Positions 1-7,426 of a stretch of DNA of 30,388 nucleotides are shown piece after piece. Within the stretch, counting starts at the first letter, position 1, and each line of letters begins with the position of its first letter. The position numbers were made by a program, and so were the translations under genes. Location: NCBI GenBank assembly GCA_035063585.1, contig JAPSGB010000051.1, positions 1 through 30,388 of the forward strand, given 5' to 3'. The notes below the pieces were generated by a model. The model was given only the letters and a program-made list of their open reading frames with translations, searched no databases and was not told where the DNA came from. Source of the DNA: Polyangiaceae bacterium. GTDB taxonomy: Bacteria; Myxococcota_A; Polyangia; Polyangiales; Polyangiaceae.

Positions 1-1123
1 GGGGCGCGGCGTCGAGCGCCGCGACGGTGGGCGTCGCGGCGCTCGGGGCGAGCCAGCGCGCGAGCGCGAGCGTCGTCGAGAGCCCGAGCGCCGCGCCGAA
101 CCCCGCGCAGAAGGTGAGAAACGGCGCGGCGTACCGCCGCCGCACGCGCTCCGCGCGCGGCCGGGAAGTCGCGGGCGCGGAGCGTGCGCTGGGCACCTCC
201 GCTGGTGCGGCGACCTCACTCGCGCGCTCGGCGCTTCGAGCCGCGACGCCGGTCCCCGCGCGTGGTCCATCGATGATGGTGCGCTCGTCGCGCGCCACGC
301 CGTCGGGGTGAGTGCGGTCGTCGTCCGCCGCGGGGGGCGCGCTCTCGGGCGGATCGACCAGGGTCTGCTCCGCAGCGGTGAGGGCGTCATAGCGGATCGC
401 GCGGGTCGGCGCGTCGTCGAGCACGCCGCCGCGCAAGCGCGCGGCGAGGCGACGCAGCGTGAGCGCGACGCTTCGCCCGTCGAGCGCGCGCCCCGCGGGC
501 GCGGGGCCGACCAGGGCGGCGGTGAGCGCGGCGAGCTCTGGATCGGCGGCGGCGTGCTCGACGAGGAGCCGTCCGACCGCGACGAGATCCCCGCGCGCGC
601 CGCTCCCAGCGAGCTCGTTCGAGCTCGCCGTGAGCCGCGCCAGGCCGAAGCCGGTGAGCCTCGCGCCGCGCGGCCCGAGCAGGATGCGTGAGGGGAGCAC
701 GCCGCGGTGCGCGACGCCCGCCGCGTGCGCCGCGCCGAGCGCCGAGGCCACGTCCGCAGCGACGCCGAGCGCCGCGATGGTCCCGAGCGGTCCTCGGGCG
801 AGGCGCGCCGCGAGCGTCTCGCCCCGCTCGGGGGATGTAACCAGATAGGTCACACCGTCCTTCGTGGTTCCCGCGTCGGCGGGAAGGTCGATGTTCGGGT
901 GGGCGAGGCGCGCGAGCTCGCGGAGCTCGCGGAGCAGGCGCTCGACGCGATCGAAGCGCGGCTCGGGGGCTCGCAGCGCGAGCAGCGTGAAGCGCTTGCG
1001 GAGCTTCACGTGCTCGACCTCGAGCCGCTCCCCGCCCGGTTCCGCGCCGAGCCGACCGATCACTCGATACGGGGTGCCCTCGAGAAGACCCTGCTCCAGC
1101 GCCCGCTCGTTCGGTTCGTCCAC
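1..1123 (-). CDS. Membrane-anchored Hanks-type Ser/Thr kinase homolog with degenerate catalytic motifs (pseudokinase); 3' end lies outside the window
   Basis: Not in the ORF track because there is no stop in the window. Hand translation from GTG at 1123 gives 374 open codons: ...LEGTPYRVIGRLGAEPGGERLEVEHVKLRKRFTLLAL...ARLAHPNIDLPADAGTTKDGVTYLV...GETLAARLARGPL...ALGAAHAAGVAHRGVLPSRILLGPRGARLTGFGLARL...ARGDLVAVGRLLVE. A Pro/Ala/acidic linker follows, then RRRY and a hydrophobic helix FLTFCAGFGAALGLSTTLALA (~58-121). Confidence 0.88.
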   Translation of the reverse strand, partial: MDEPNERALEQGLLEGTPYRVIGRLGAEPGGERLEVEHVKLRKRFTLLALRAPEPRFDRVERLLRELRELARLAHPNIDLPADAGTTKDGVTYLVTSPERGETLAARLARGPLGTIAALGVAADVASALGAAHAAGVAHRGVLPSRILLGPRGARLTGFGLARLTASSNELAGSGARGDLVAVGRLLVEHAAADPELAALTAALVGPAPAGRALDGRSVALTLRRLAARLRGGVLDDAPTRAIRYDALTAAEQTLVDPPESAPPAADDDRTHPDGVARDERTIIDGPRAGTGVAARSAERASEVAAPAEVPSARSAPATSRPRAERVRRRYAAPFLTFCAGFGAALGLSTTLALARWLAPSAATPTVAALDAAP

Positions 1124-1138
1124 GGGCCCCCATCGGCT

Positions 1139-1164
1139 GGCCGCGCCGCCGGTTGCGCGCGGCC
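1139..1164. other. GC-rich hairpin between the tRNA 3' end and the pseudokinase start (possible terminator or processing site)
   Basis: GGCCGCGC (1139-1146) pairs with GCGCGGCC (1157-1164) around a 10-nt loop. There is no U-tract. Confidence 0.3.
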
Positions 1165-1188
1165 TCGAGTCGGGCCTTCTGCTCGTCG

Positions 1189-1271
1189 TAGCCCCTCCCG
1201 GATTCGAACCGGGACTCCCTCTCGGGAAGAGGATTTTAAATCCCCCGCGTCTGCCGTTTCGCCAAGGGGCC
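1189..1271 (-). tRNA. tRNA-Leu (anticodon TAA); CCA end not encoded
   Basis: The reverse complement folds as a cloverleaf: acceptor GGCCCCT/AGGGGCT with discriminator A; D-arm GCG-AAACGGCAGA-CGC; anticodon arm GGGGA-TTTAAAA-TCCTC; long variable arm TTCCCGAGAGGGAGT; T-arm CCCGG-TTCGAAT-CCGGG. It is followed by CGA, not CCA. Confidence 0.97.
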
Positions 1272-1279
1272 CGAGCGCG

Positions 1280-1309
1280 AGCCTAGTCGAGCCGCCCCCC
1301 GCTCGTCAC
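1280..1309 (-). promoter_or_regulatory. Putative sigma70 promoter of tRNA-Leu
   Basis: Minus strand GTGACG (1309-1304), 18-nt spacer, TAGGCT (1285-1280), then a GC-rich discriminator-like stretch. The mature tRNA starts 8 nt after the -10 box. Confidence 0.5.
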
Positions 1310-1339
1310 CCTCGGGTGGTCGCGGGCGGCAGGGTTCGC

Positions 1340-1804
1340 TCACTTCTTGCCGTGCGGGCTCACGTACTCTCCCACCGTGGTCTGGAAGGCGACGTTCAGG
1401 CGGTTCCATCCGTTGATGGCGATGATCGCGGCGGTGAGGTCGACGAGCTCCTTCTCGCCGAACTGGCGGCGTGCCTCGTCGTAGACCTCCTCGGGGACGC
1501 CGCGACCTGCGATGTCGGTGACCGCCTCGGTCCAGGCGAGGGCGGCTCGCTCGCGGTCGGTGTAGAAGGGCGCCTCGCGCCAGGCCGACAGGAGGTAGAG
1601 CCGCTGCTCGGTCTCGCCGCGTGCGCGGGCGTCCTTCGTGTGCATGTCGAGGCACCACGCGCAGCCGTTGAGCTGCGAGGCGCGCGTCTTGATGAGCTCG
1701 AGCAGCGACTCCTCGAGGCCGAGGCGGTGGATCTCGAGCTCGAGGCCGAGCATGGCCTTGAAGGCCTCGGGTGAAGCGGACTTGTAGTCGATGCGCTGTT
1801 GCAT
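1340..1804 (-). CDS. Carboxymuconolactone decarboxylase / AhpD-like alkylhydroperoxidase family protein (154 aa)
   Basis: ELIKTRASQLNGCAWCLDMH (CxxC..H), ERAALAWTEAVT, AINGWNRL. SD AAGGAG and a TAGAGT -10-like box (1828-1823) lie upstream. Confidence 0.93.
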   Translation of the reverse strand: MQQRIDYKSASPEAFKAMLGLELEIHRLGLEESLLELIKTRASQLNGCAWCLDMHTKDARARGETEQRLYLLSAWREAPFYTDRERAALAWTEAVTDIAGRGVPEEVYDEARRQFGEKELVDLTAAIIAINGWNRLNVAFQTTVGEYVSPHGKK

Positions 1805-1880
1805 GGGATCTCCTTCGCCTGGACTCTACCGGCGTGGAGCGGGATGTGCCACGCCGAAGCCGGGCTCGAACCGTCGCGCT

Positions 1881-2306
1881 TCAGTGAGCGCTGGCCTCCG
1901 AGGACGCGAGGGCCTCGTCGAGCGCCGCCTCGAACGCTGGCCGGCTCGAGTGCAGGTGGAGGATACTGCCGAGCGCGCGATTCAAGAGCGCGAGGGTCAT
2001 CGTGACCACGGGCGAGCCACCGAGCAAGAAGTGGGTCACCTTCGCGGTACCGCGCACCTCGAGCGCGAACTTCATGACCTCGAGGCGCGCGCGCGGCTCG
2101 TAGGACTCGGCGCGCTCGAAGTCGAAGAACACCGAGGCTCGGAGCCCTCGGCCCATGAGCGCGCGAAAACGGCTGACGTAGAGCTCGACGAACTGCTCGC
2201 TGCCGCGCCCGACCAGGCGTGCGACGAGCACGTCGGCGCGAGGAGACCAGAGCTCGAATTCACCGCGCGGGGTTTGCCACCGCTCGCGATCGCTGGCCAC
2301 TCTCAC
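1881..2306 (-). CDS. Hypothetical protein, probably a myxobacterial STAS/SEC14 (SpoIIAA-like) alpha/beta domain; start uncertain (GTG 2306 or 2300, or ATG 2351)
   Basis: Alternating strand/helix pattern VLVARLVG...SVFFDFERAESYEPRARLEV...THFLLGGSPVVTMTLALL...HSSRPAFEAAL with normal protein composition. It fills the gap between its neighbours. Confidence 0.65.
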   Translation of the reverse strand: MRVASDRERWQTPRGEFELWSPRADVLVARLVGRGSEQFVELYVSRFRALMGRGLRASVFFDFERAESYEPRARLEVMKFALEVRGTAKVTHFLLGGSPVVTMTLALLNRALGSILHLHSSRPAFEAALDEALASSEASAH

Positions 2307-2382
2307 GTATTCGGCGGGTGAACCGGACAAAACGACGGCTGATGCTCGCATGGCCCGCGACCTCCGCGCTATCGTTATCGCG

Positions 2383-3978
2383 ATGCGGCGACGCGACGCG
2401 ATCGGGGCGCTCTCAGCCGCTCTCGCGGGTGGTTGCCTGGGCGGCGCGCCCCGTCGAGCGCCCGCGCTCGTTCCCGGTGGGCTACCGTCGTCACGCGAGG
2501 GAGCCCGCGCGCGGCTCGACGTGCTCTCCAGCGGTTACCGCGCGCTCACCCGCCAGCACGGGCTCGCGGAGTGGGAGGACGCGACGAACGGCGCGTCACC
2601 GGCGCGCGGGGCGAGCGCGCTCGGCGAGGAGGCGCGCCGCGCGTTCGACGAGGCGCGCCGGATCCTCGAGTACTATGGGCGGGGTGTGGTGCCGCCGCGC
2701 CAGGCCGAGCTCTGGCTACGCGGCGCTCGCGCGCTCACCCTCTCCAGCGACGCGCGCGTGCTCGAGCTCACCCGGGAGCTCGAGCACGCGGCCGGGCCCG
2801 AAGCCCCCGAGCACGCGCGTCTCGCGCTCATGGAGCGCTCTTCGGACGCGTCGGAGCGCCGCGCCGCTCACGCCCTCCGCCACCAGCTCCACTTGCGTGC
2901 CGCGCCCGCGGCGCGGGCGCTCCTCCGGCGACGGCGTGAGCTCGCCAAGGAGCAGCGACTCGGCGCCTACTACCCCGCGCTCCTCGAGCTCCACGAGCTC
3001 GACCCGCGCCGCTTCCAAGCGCAGTCGAGCGAGCTCATCGCGCGGACGCGGGTGCCGTTCGCGCGGCTCATGCGGCAGCTCTCGCGCGCGCTCGGCCGCA
3101 GGGTCGAACCGTGGGATCTCGAGCTGGCGCTCGAGCGCGCGGCCGGGCTGGCCGAGGGAGCGCTGCCCGCCGAGCGCGCAGCATCCTCCGCGCTCTCGCT
3201 CGCTCGCTCCCTCGGGTTCGAGCTCTCGCGCGCTCACGCTCGCGTGGTGATCGAGCGCGCCGCGAGGGTGAGCCGAGCCATCGGGGTGAGCATCCCCGGT
3301 GACGTGCGGCTCGCGCTCGCGCCGGCTGCTGGCGCGGAAGCCCTCGGGGGGCTCGTGCGAGCCGTCGGTCGAGCCGTGCTCATGAGCGAGACGCGCGGTG
3401 ATCACCCGCTCTACGAGGGGTACCCGTGGGTGCCCGGCCTCTCCGACGAGGCGCTCGCCTCGGGCGTGGGCGAACTCTTCGCCCACGCCCTCGACGACCC
3501 CGAGTTCGCGCGCCGGCAGCTCGCGCTCGGCGCGCGCGCGGCGAGCGCCCTCATGACGGCGCGCCGCGCGGCGGCCCTGCTCGCGACGCGCAGCGCGCTC
3601 ACCTGGGCCGCGTTCGAGCGCACGGCGCTCGAGAACCCCGACGCCGATCTCGACCGCCTCTCGCTGCTCGTCGCGCGCGGGGTGGGCGGGCTCCCCACGC
3701 CGCCGCCGAGCGAGCCGATCTGGGCGGCGTCGCCCCTGCTGCGCGGTGGGCCGGGCGTGGTGGAGAGTCGCGTCGCCGGGGCGATGCTGGGCGCCGCGCT
3801 CCGCGACGCGCTCCGCGCGAAGTCTCGCAACGCGTGGATTTCACCGTCCTCAGGGAAGTGGCTGGTCGCGAGGTTCCTGGCGGACGGGGTGCGCTGGACG
3901 CTTCGCGAGAAGCTGGTGCGCGCGCTCGGCGGGCCGCTCTCGGTCGAGCCGCTCGTCCGCTACACGTCGGGTGGCTGA
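2383..3978 (+). CDS. Tat-type lipoprotein, M2/M3 (gluzincin) metallopeptidase-like, lacking the HEXXH zinc motif
   Basis: ATG 2383 gives MRRRDAIGALSAALAGGC (twin-Arg plus lipobox). Family landmarks: RRELAKEQRLGAYY, VEPWDL, IPGDVRL, LFAHALDDPEF, FERTALENPDADL, GKWLVARFLADG, ALGGPLS. The HEXXH position reads RAVGR (3358-3372). Confidence 0.75.
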   Translation: MRRRDAIGALSAALAGGCLGGAPRRAPALVPGGLPSSREGARARLDVLSSGYRALTRQHGLAEWEDATNGASPARGASALGEEARRAFDEARRILEYYGRGVVPPRQAELWLRGARALTLSSDARVLELTRELEHAAGPEAPEHARLALMERSSDASERRAAHALRHQLHLRAAPAARALLRRRRELAKEQRLGAYYPALLELHELDPRRFQAQSSELIARTRVPFARLMRQLSRALGRRVEPWDLELALERAAGLAEGALPAERAASSALSLARSLGFELSRAHARVVIERAARVSRAIGVSIPGDVRLALAPAAGAEALGGLVRAVGRAVLMSETRGDHPLYEGYPWVPGLSDEALASGVGELFAHALDDPEFARRQLALGARAASALMTARRAAALLATRSALTWAAFERTALENPDADLDRLSLLVARGVGGLPTPPPSEPIWAASPLLRGGPGVVESRVAGAMLGAALRDALRAKSRNAWISPSSGKWLVARFLADGVRWTLREKLVRALGGPLSVEPLVRYTSGG

Positions 3979-4080
3979 CACCGTGGCGCTCGATGGGCGG
4001 GCCGATGGCGGACGGGCAGCCCCGGTGCGTGACGAGCGATGCGTGCAGCGCGCCTGAGACTCCGACTACACTCCGCGCCC

Positions 4081-4971
4081 GTGGCCCCCCGACGCTCCGA
4101 CGCCCCTCGCTCCAGCCGCTCGCGTTCACTCGAGCCTCTGCTCGCGCCGCCGCGCATCCTCGTAGTAGCCGGCTCGGACTCGGGCGGCGGCGCCGGCATC
4201 CAGGCGGACCTCAAGACCATCACCGTCCTCGGGGGCTACGCGATGACCGCGCTCACCGCGCTCACCGCGCAGAACACGCTCGGGGTCACCGACGTGATGG
4301 CGGTCGACGCCGCCTTCGTGGCCGAGCAGATGGAAGTAGTGCTCTCGGATATCGGCGCCGACGTCATCAAGACCGGCATGCTCGCGAACGCGTCCATCGT
4401 GAAGCTGGTTGCCAAGACCTGCGAGCGCAGCGCCCGCGGCGTGCCGCTGGTGGTCGATCCCGTGATGGTCGCGACGACCGGTGCGCGCCTCCTCGAGCGC
4501 GACGCCGAGGCGGCGCTCATCGAGCGGCTCCTGCCGCTCGCTTCGCTGCTCACGCCGAACGCCCCCGAGGCGGAGGCGCTCACCGGCGTCCCGGTGCGGA
4601 GCCCCGACGATCTGCCGCGCGCGGCGGAGCGGCTGCTCGGGCTCGGGGCCGCGGCCGTCCTGGTGAAGGGGGGGGACCTCACCGGGCCGACCGTGGTCGA
4701 CCTGCTCCGCACGGCGGACGGCGAGGAGGTGCGCTTCGAGGCTTCCCGCATCGAGACCCGCTCGACGCATGGGACGGGCTGCACGCTCGCCTCGGCCATC
4801 GCCACCGGGATCGGCGAGGGGCTCACGCTCCGCGGCGCGGTCGAGCGGGCGCGCGCGTACGTTCGCGCCGCCATCGAGCACGCGCCGCCGTTCGGGAAGG
4901 GTCGCGGTCCGCTCGATCACGGCCACCCGCTCCGCGCCGCCGGCCGCGCCGGGCCGGCAGGTGTCGATTGA
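4081..4971 (+). CDS. thiD: Hydroxymethylpyrimidine/phosphomethylpyrimidine kinase
   Basis: ILVVAGSDSGGGAGIQADLKT, TALTAQNT, IKTGML, VVDPVMVAT, LLTPNAPEAE, VLVKGG, THGTGCTLASAIA. GTG 4081 is preferred over ATG 4039 because TACACT lies 8 nt upstream of it. Confidence 0.96.
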   Translation: MAPRRSDAPRSSRSRSLEPLLAPPRILVVAGSDSGGGAGIQADLKTITVLGGYAMTALTALTAQNTLGVTDVMAVDAAFVAEQMEVVLSDIGADVIKTGMLANASIVKLVAKTCERSARGVPLVVDPVMVATTGARLLERDAEAALIERLLPLASLLTPNAPEAEALTGVPVRSPDDLPRAAERLLGLGAAAVLVKGGDLTGPTVVDLLRTADGEEVRFEASRIETRSTHGTGCTLASAIATGIGEGLTLRGAVERARAYVRAAIEHAPPFGKGRGPLDHGHPLRAAGRAGPAGVD

Positions 4972-5023
4972 CGCTGGTCGCCTCCTCCAAAGCCTGGGCG
5001 CGCGCTCGGTGTCCATCTCGGCG

Positions 5024-5377
5024 ATGAGACGCTTCGGGGTCCTCGCGGTGAGCCTGCTCGCGTGCTCGAGCGGGGTCACGCCGCCTAGCGCGGCGCCCGA
5101 GCTCGGCGGCGGGCGACGCTGGCTCCACCCGCCTCCCAAGCCTGGCGCGAGCATCGCCGGCTCGAAGATGTGCGCCTGCGTGAGCTGCGAGCCGGCGAGC
5201 TGCTGTCGCGGCGCCGATGAGCGCGCAGAAGGCGCCGGGAAATGCGACGGCTACGACTTCAGCGCGGAGGGGTGCGGGCTCACCGTGGCGAGCTGCGCGA
5301 GCCGGTGCTTTCAGCAGGTGTGGCGCGTGGGAGTGAGCGAGCGGTGCGATGCGCGCCGCCCGCCCGAGTGCTGCTGA
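5024..5377 (+). CDS. Small cysteine-rich lipoprotein (117 aa)
   Basis: ATG 5024 lies in frame within track ORF 4769..5377. It gives MRRFGVLAVSLLAC (signal plus lipobox) and 12 further Cys, ending PPECC. Confidence 0.8.
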   Translation: MRRFGVLAVSLLACSSGVTPPSAAPELGGGRRWLHPPPKPGASIAGSKMCACVSCEPASCCRGADERAEGAGKCDGYDFSAEGCGLTVASCASRCFQQVWRVGVSERCDARRPPECC

Positions 5378-5389
5378 GCCGCGCCGAGC

Positions 5390-7345
5390 TCAGTGCCAGC
5401 AGAGCTTGTCGCTGGGCGTCGGATAACCGCCGCTCGGGATGAAGTTCCAGCTCCGAGCATCGTTGGCGGCGGTCGGGGCGTTCTTCGGGTTGGTGTCGAC
5501 GCAGTAGTCGCTCGAGCCGTCCTTCGCAGGCTTGAAGTTGGTCGAGCGCACCGGCAGGACCACACAGTCGGTCATGGTGGTGCCCGTCACCACGGCCTCG
5601 ACGGTGGCCGCAACCCAGAAGTCGCCGCTGAAGTCCGGCGAGTAGGTGGTCTGGCCCGGCGCCGCCGAGCCTTCCACCATGACCGGGAAGCTCGGGCTCG
5701 TCACCGGATCGTAGCCGACCGAGAGGCGGCGCTCGCCGTTGCAGTAGACGTTGATGTGCGGGTGCACCGCCTGGGTCGTCGAGTAGGCGTGCGTGCCGAT
5801 GGCGAAGCGGTCGCCGTTCCTCGGGTTGTCGAGGTTGATGTTCTCGGCTGCGCAGAAGCCGAACTGGCCGCCGAGCCCGTGATTGTTGGGATCGCGGATC
5901 TTCGGATTGCACTCGATGTTGTCCGAGTCGAGGCGCGGGTTGACGCAGGCGCCGGAGGCGAGCCCTACCCGGGTCGAGCCCCAGCCCTTGCACGCGGGGT
6001 TCGGTGAGGTCGCGTAGCCCCACCCGGGGTTCTCGACGCCGGTGCAGCCGGTGGTGCTGTTGTAGTAGCAGTCGTCGCTTCCGGCCGACGCCTTGCAGCT
6101 CTCGAACCACCCGTGCGGCCCGGTGCAGCCGGTCGCGCCCTGGAGCCGCGCGAAGTGGAGATCGAGATCGTTCGGCATGGGCGACCAGCAGAGCTCGGCG
6201 CGGATGCCGGGGGCGCGCACCTGAACCTTGACGGTGCAGGCGTAGTGCTTGCCCGAGAGGTCGAACTCACCCTTCACGAGGTAGTCGCCGGAGAGGGCGA
6301 ACGCCGGGTAGAGCGTCCAGTCGACCCCGGCGCCGGGACCGGTGACCAGCCCGGTCTGGTTACCGGCCGGGCCGAGGCCCGTCTGGCGTACGCCGGCGAT
6401 GGCCTGCCCGGCGGCGTTCTGGTTGTTGAAGAGCTGGAAGCTCGGCTGCGGGAGCACGTTGTCGCAATCGCCGCCGGTCGCGGTCCACTTCCAGTTCGCG
6501 GTCTTGCTGATGTCCGCGCCCTTGAGCCAGGTCGAGCCGTCGATGAGCGGCAGGTTCGCCGGAGCGGGGTAGGGGGAGGTGACGAGCGGCGCGGTCGGGC
6601 ACTCGACGTCCGCGTCCTCGCAGGCGCAGTCGTCGGTCTTACTATTTCCCACCGCGCCGTCGCAGTCGAAATCGCCGTTCGCGCACACGTCGCTCGCGAA
6701 GGGCGGCTGAGCGCCGCGGCACTCGCCGCTCCACACGCGCGCGGCGAATTCGCCCGTGCCGAGCACCGTGCACGCCTCGGTGCCGCGGCTGTTGGCCGCG
6801 CACCAGCCGACCGCGGAGCCGCTCGCGTCCGCCTGGCTCGACGAGATGAGCCAGCAGGGCTTGGTCGCGCCGACGGCCGTTCCAGGCGCGCAAGCGCAGC
6901 CCTCGTCGACGCGGCCGTCGCAGTCGTCGTCGAAGCCGTTCCCGTACTGTCCGTTCGGGAGCGCGGCGTTCAGGTCCGTCTTGCCGTTGCACTCGTCGTC
7001 GGTCGGCGGCGCGCAGCGGCGCGCCTGGGGGCCGGGTTGGTACGACACGCCCCCGTCGACGCAGGTGAGCGGCGCGTCGATGGCCGCGTCGTTCACGACT
7101 ACTGGCCCGTCGGAGGTCGCGTCGGCCGCGGAGTCCGTCCCGGAGTCGACCTCGATGCCGCCCTCCGAGAGCCCGCCGCCGCTCCCGGCGCCACCACCGC
7201 TCCCCGAGTTCCCGGTGTTGCCGCTGCCGGAGGTCGCGCCGCTCCCGCCGCTCCCGCCGCTGCCGTTCGCCGAGCACGCGACGGCGAGCGCGCTCCCCGT
7301 GACCGCAAGGAGAAGGGCTCGAATCAGGGGGCGGAGCGGCGTCAT
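5390..7345 (-). CDS. Cysteine-rich lipoprotein (651 aa) with a Gly/Ser linker, MopE-like acidic metal-binding repeats and a C-terminal DUF2135/YfaP-like domain
   Basis: Signal ending ALAVAC and a GGSG linker. Repeats NGFDDDCDGRVDEGC and GDFDCDG. C-terminal ELCW..NDLDLH...PRLDSDN...AENINLDNP...FAIGTHAY. 31 Cys by hand count. Confidence 0.85.
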   Translation of the reverse strand: MTPLRPLIRALLLAVTGSALAVACSANGSGGSGGSGATSGSGNTGNSGSGGGAGSGGGLSEGGIEVDSGTDSAADATSDGPVVVNDAAIDAPLTCVDGGVSYQPGPQARRCAPPTDDECNGKTDLNAALPNGQYGNGFDDDCDGRVDEGCACAPGTAVGATKPCWLISSSQADASGSAVGWCAANSRGTEACTVLGTGEFAARVWSGECRGAQPPFASDVCANGDFDCDGAVGNSKTDDCACEDADVECPTAPLVTSPYPAPANLPLIDGSTWLKGADISKTANWKWTATGGDCDNVLPQPSFQLFNNQNAAGQAIAGVRQTGLGPAGNQTGLVTGPGAGVDWTLYPAFALSGDYLVKGEFDLSGKHYACTVKVQVRAPGIRAELCWSPMPNDLDLHFARLQGATGCTGPHGWFESCKASAGSDDCYYNSTTGCTGVENPGWGYATSPNPACKGWGSTRVGLASGACVNPRLDSDNIECNPKIRDPNNHGLGGQFGFCAAENINLDNPRNGDRFAIGTHAYSTTQAVHPHINVYCNGERRLSVGYDPVTSPSFPVMVEGSAAPGQTTYSPDFSGDFWVAATVEAVVTGTTMTDCVVLPVRSTNFKPAKDGSSDYCVDTNPKNAPTAANDARSWNFIPSGGYPTPSDKLCWH

Positions 7346-7426
7346 CGCCGCTCATGATAACCGGGCCGCCTGCGTGAGGCGAATGTCGCTTGTCCGGCCG
7401 AGGCCGCTGAGGGAGACTCCGCGGCC

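Noticed and set aside
1189..1271. tRNA as the attachment site of an integrated element
   Set aside because: I saw no duplicate of the tRNA 3' end and no integrase, transposase or phage genes in the window.
27..1774. Track ORFs 27..311, 308..691, 387..1133, 459..848 and 707..1774
   Set aside because: They are shadow frames of the pseudokinase, tRNA and AhpD genes, with Arg/Ala-rich non-protein-like composition or codon-aligned antisense register.
3979..4140. TPP riboswitch upstream of thiD (a CTGAGA is present near 4054)
   Set aside because: The remaining TPP core (CCTGAT...TAAT...GCGNAGG-type segment) is absent, and the promoter geometry suggests almost no leader.
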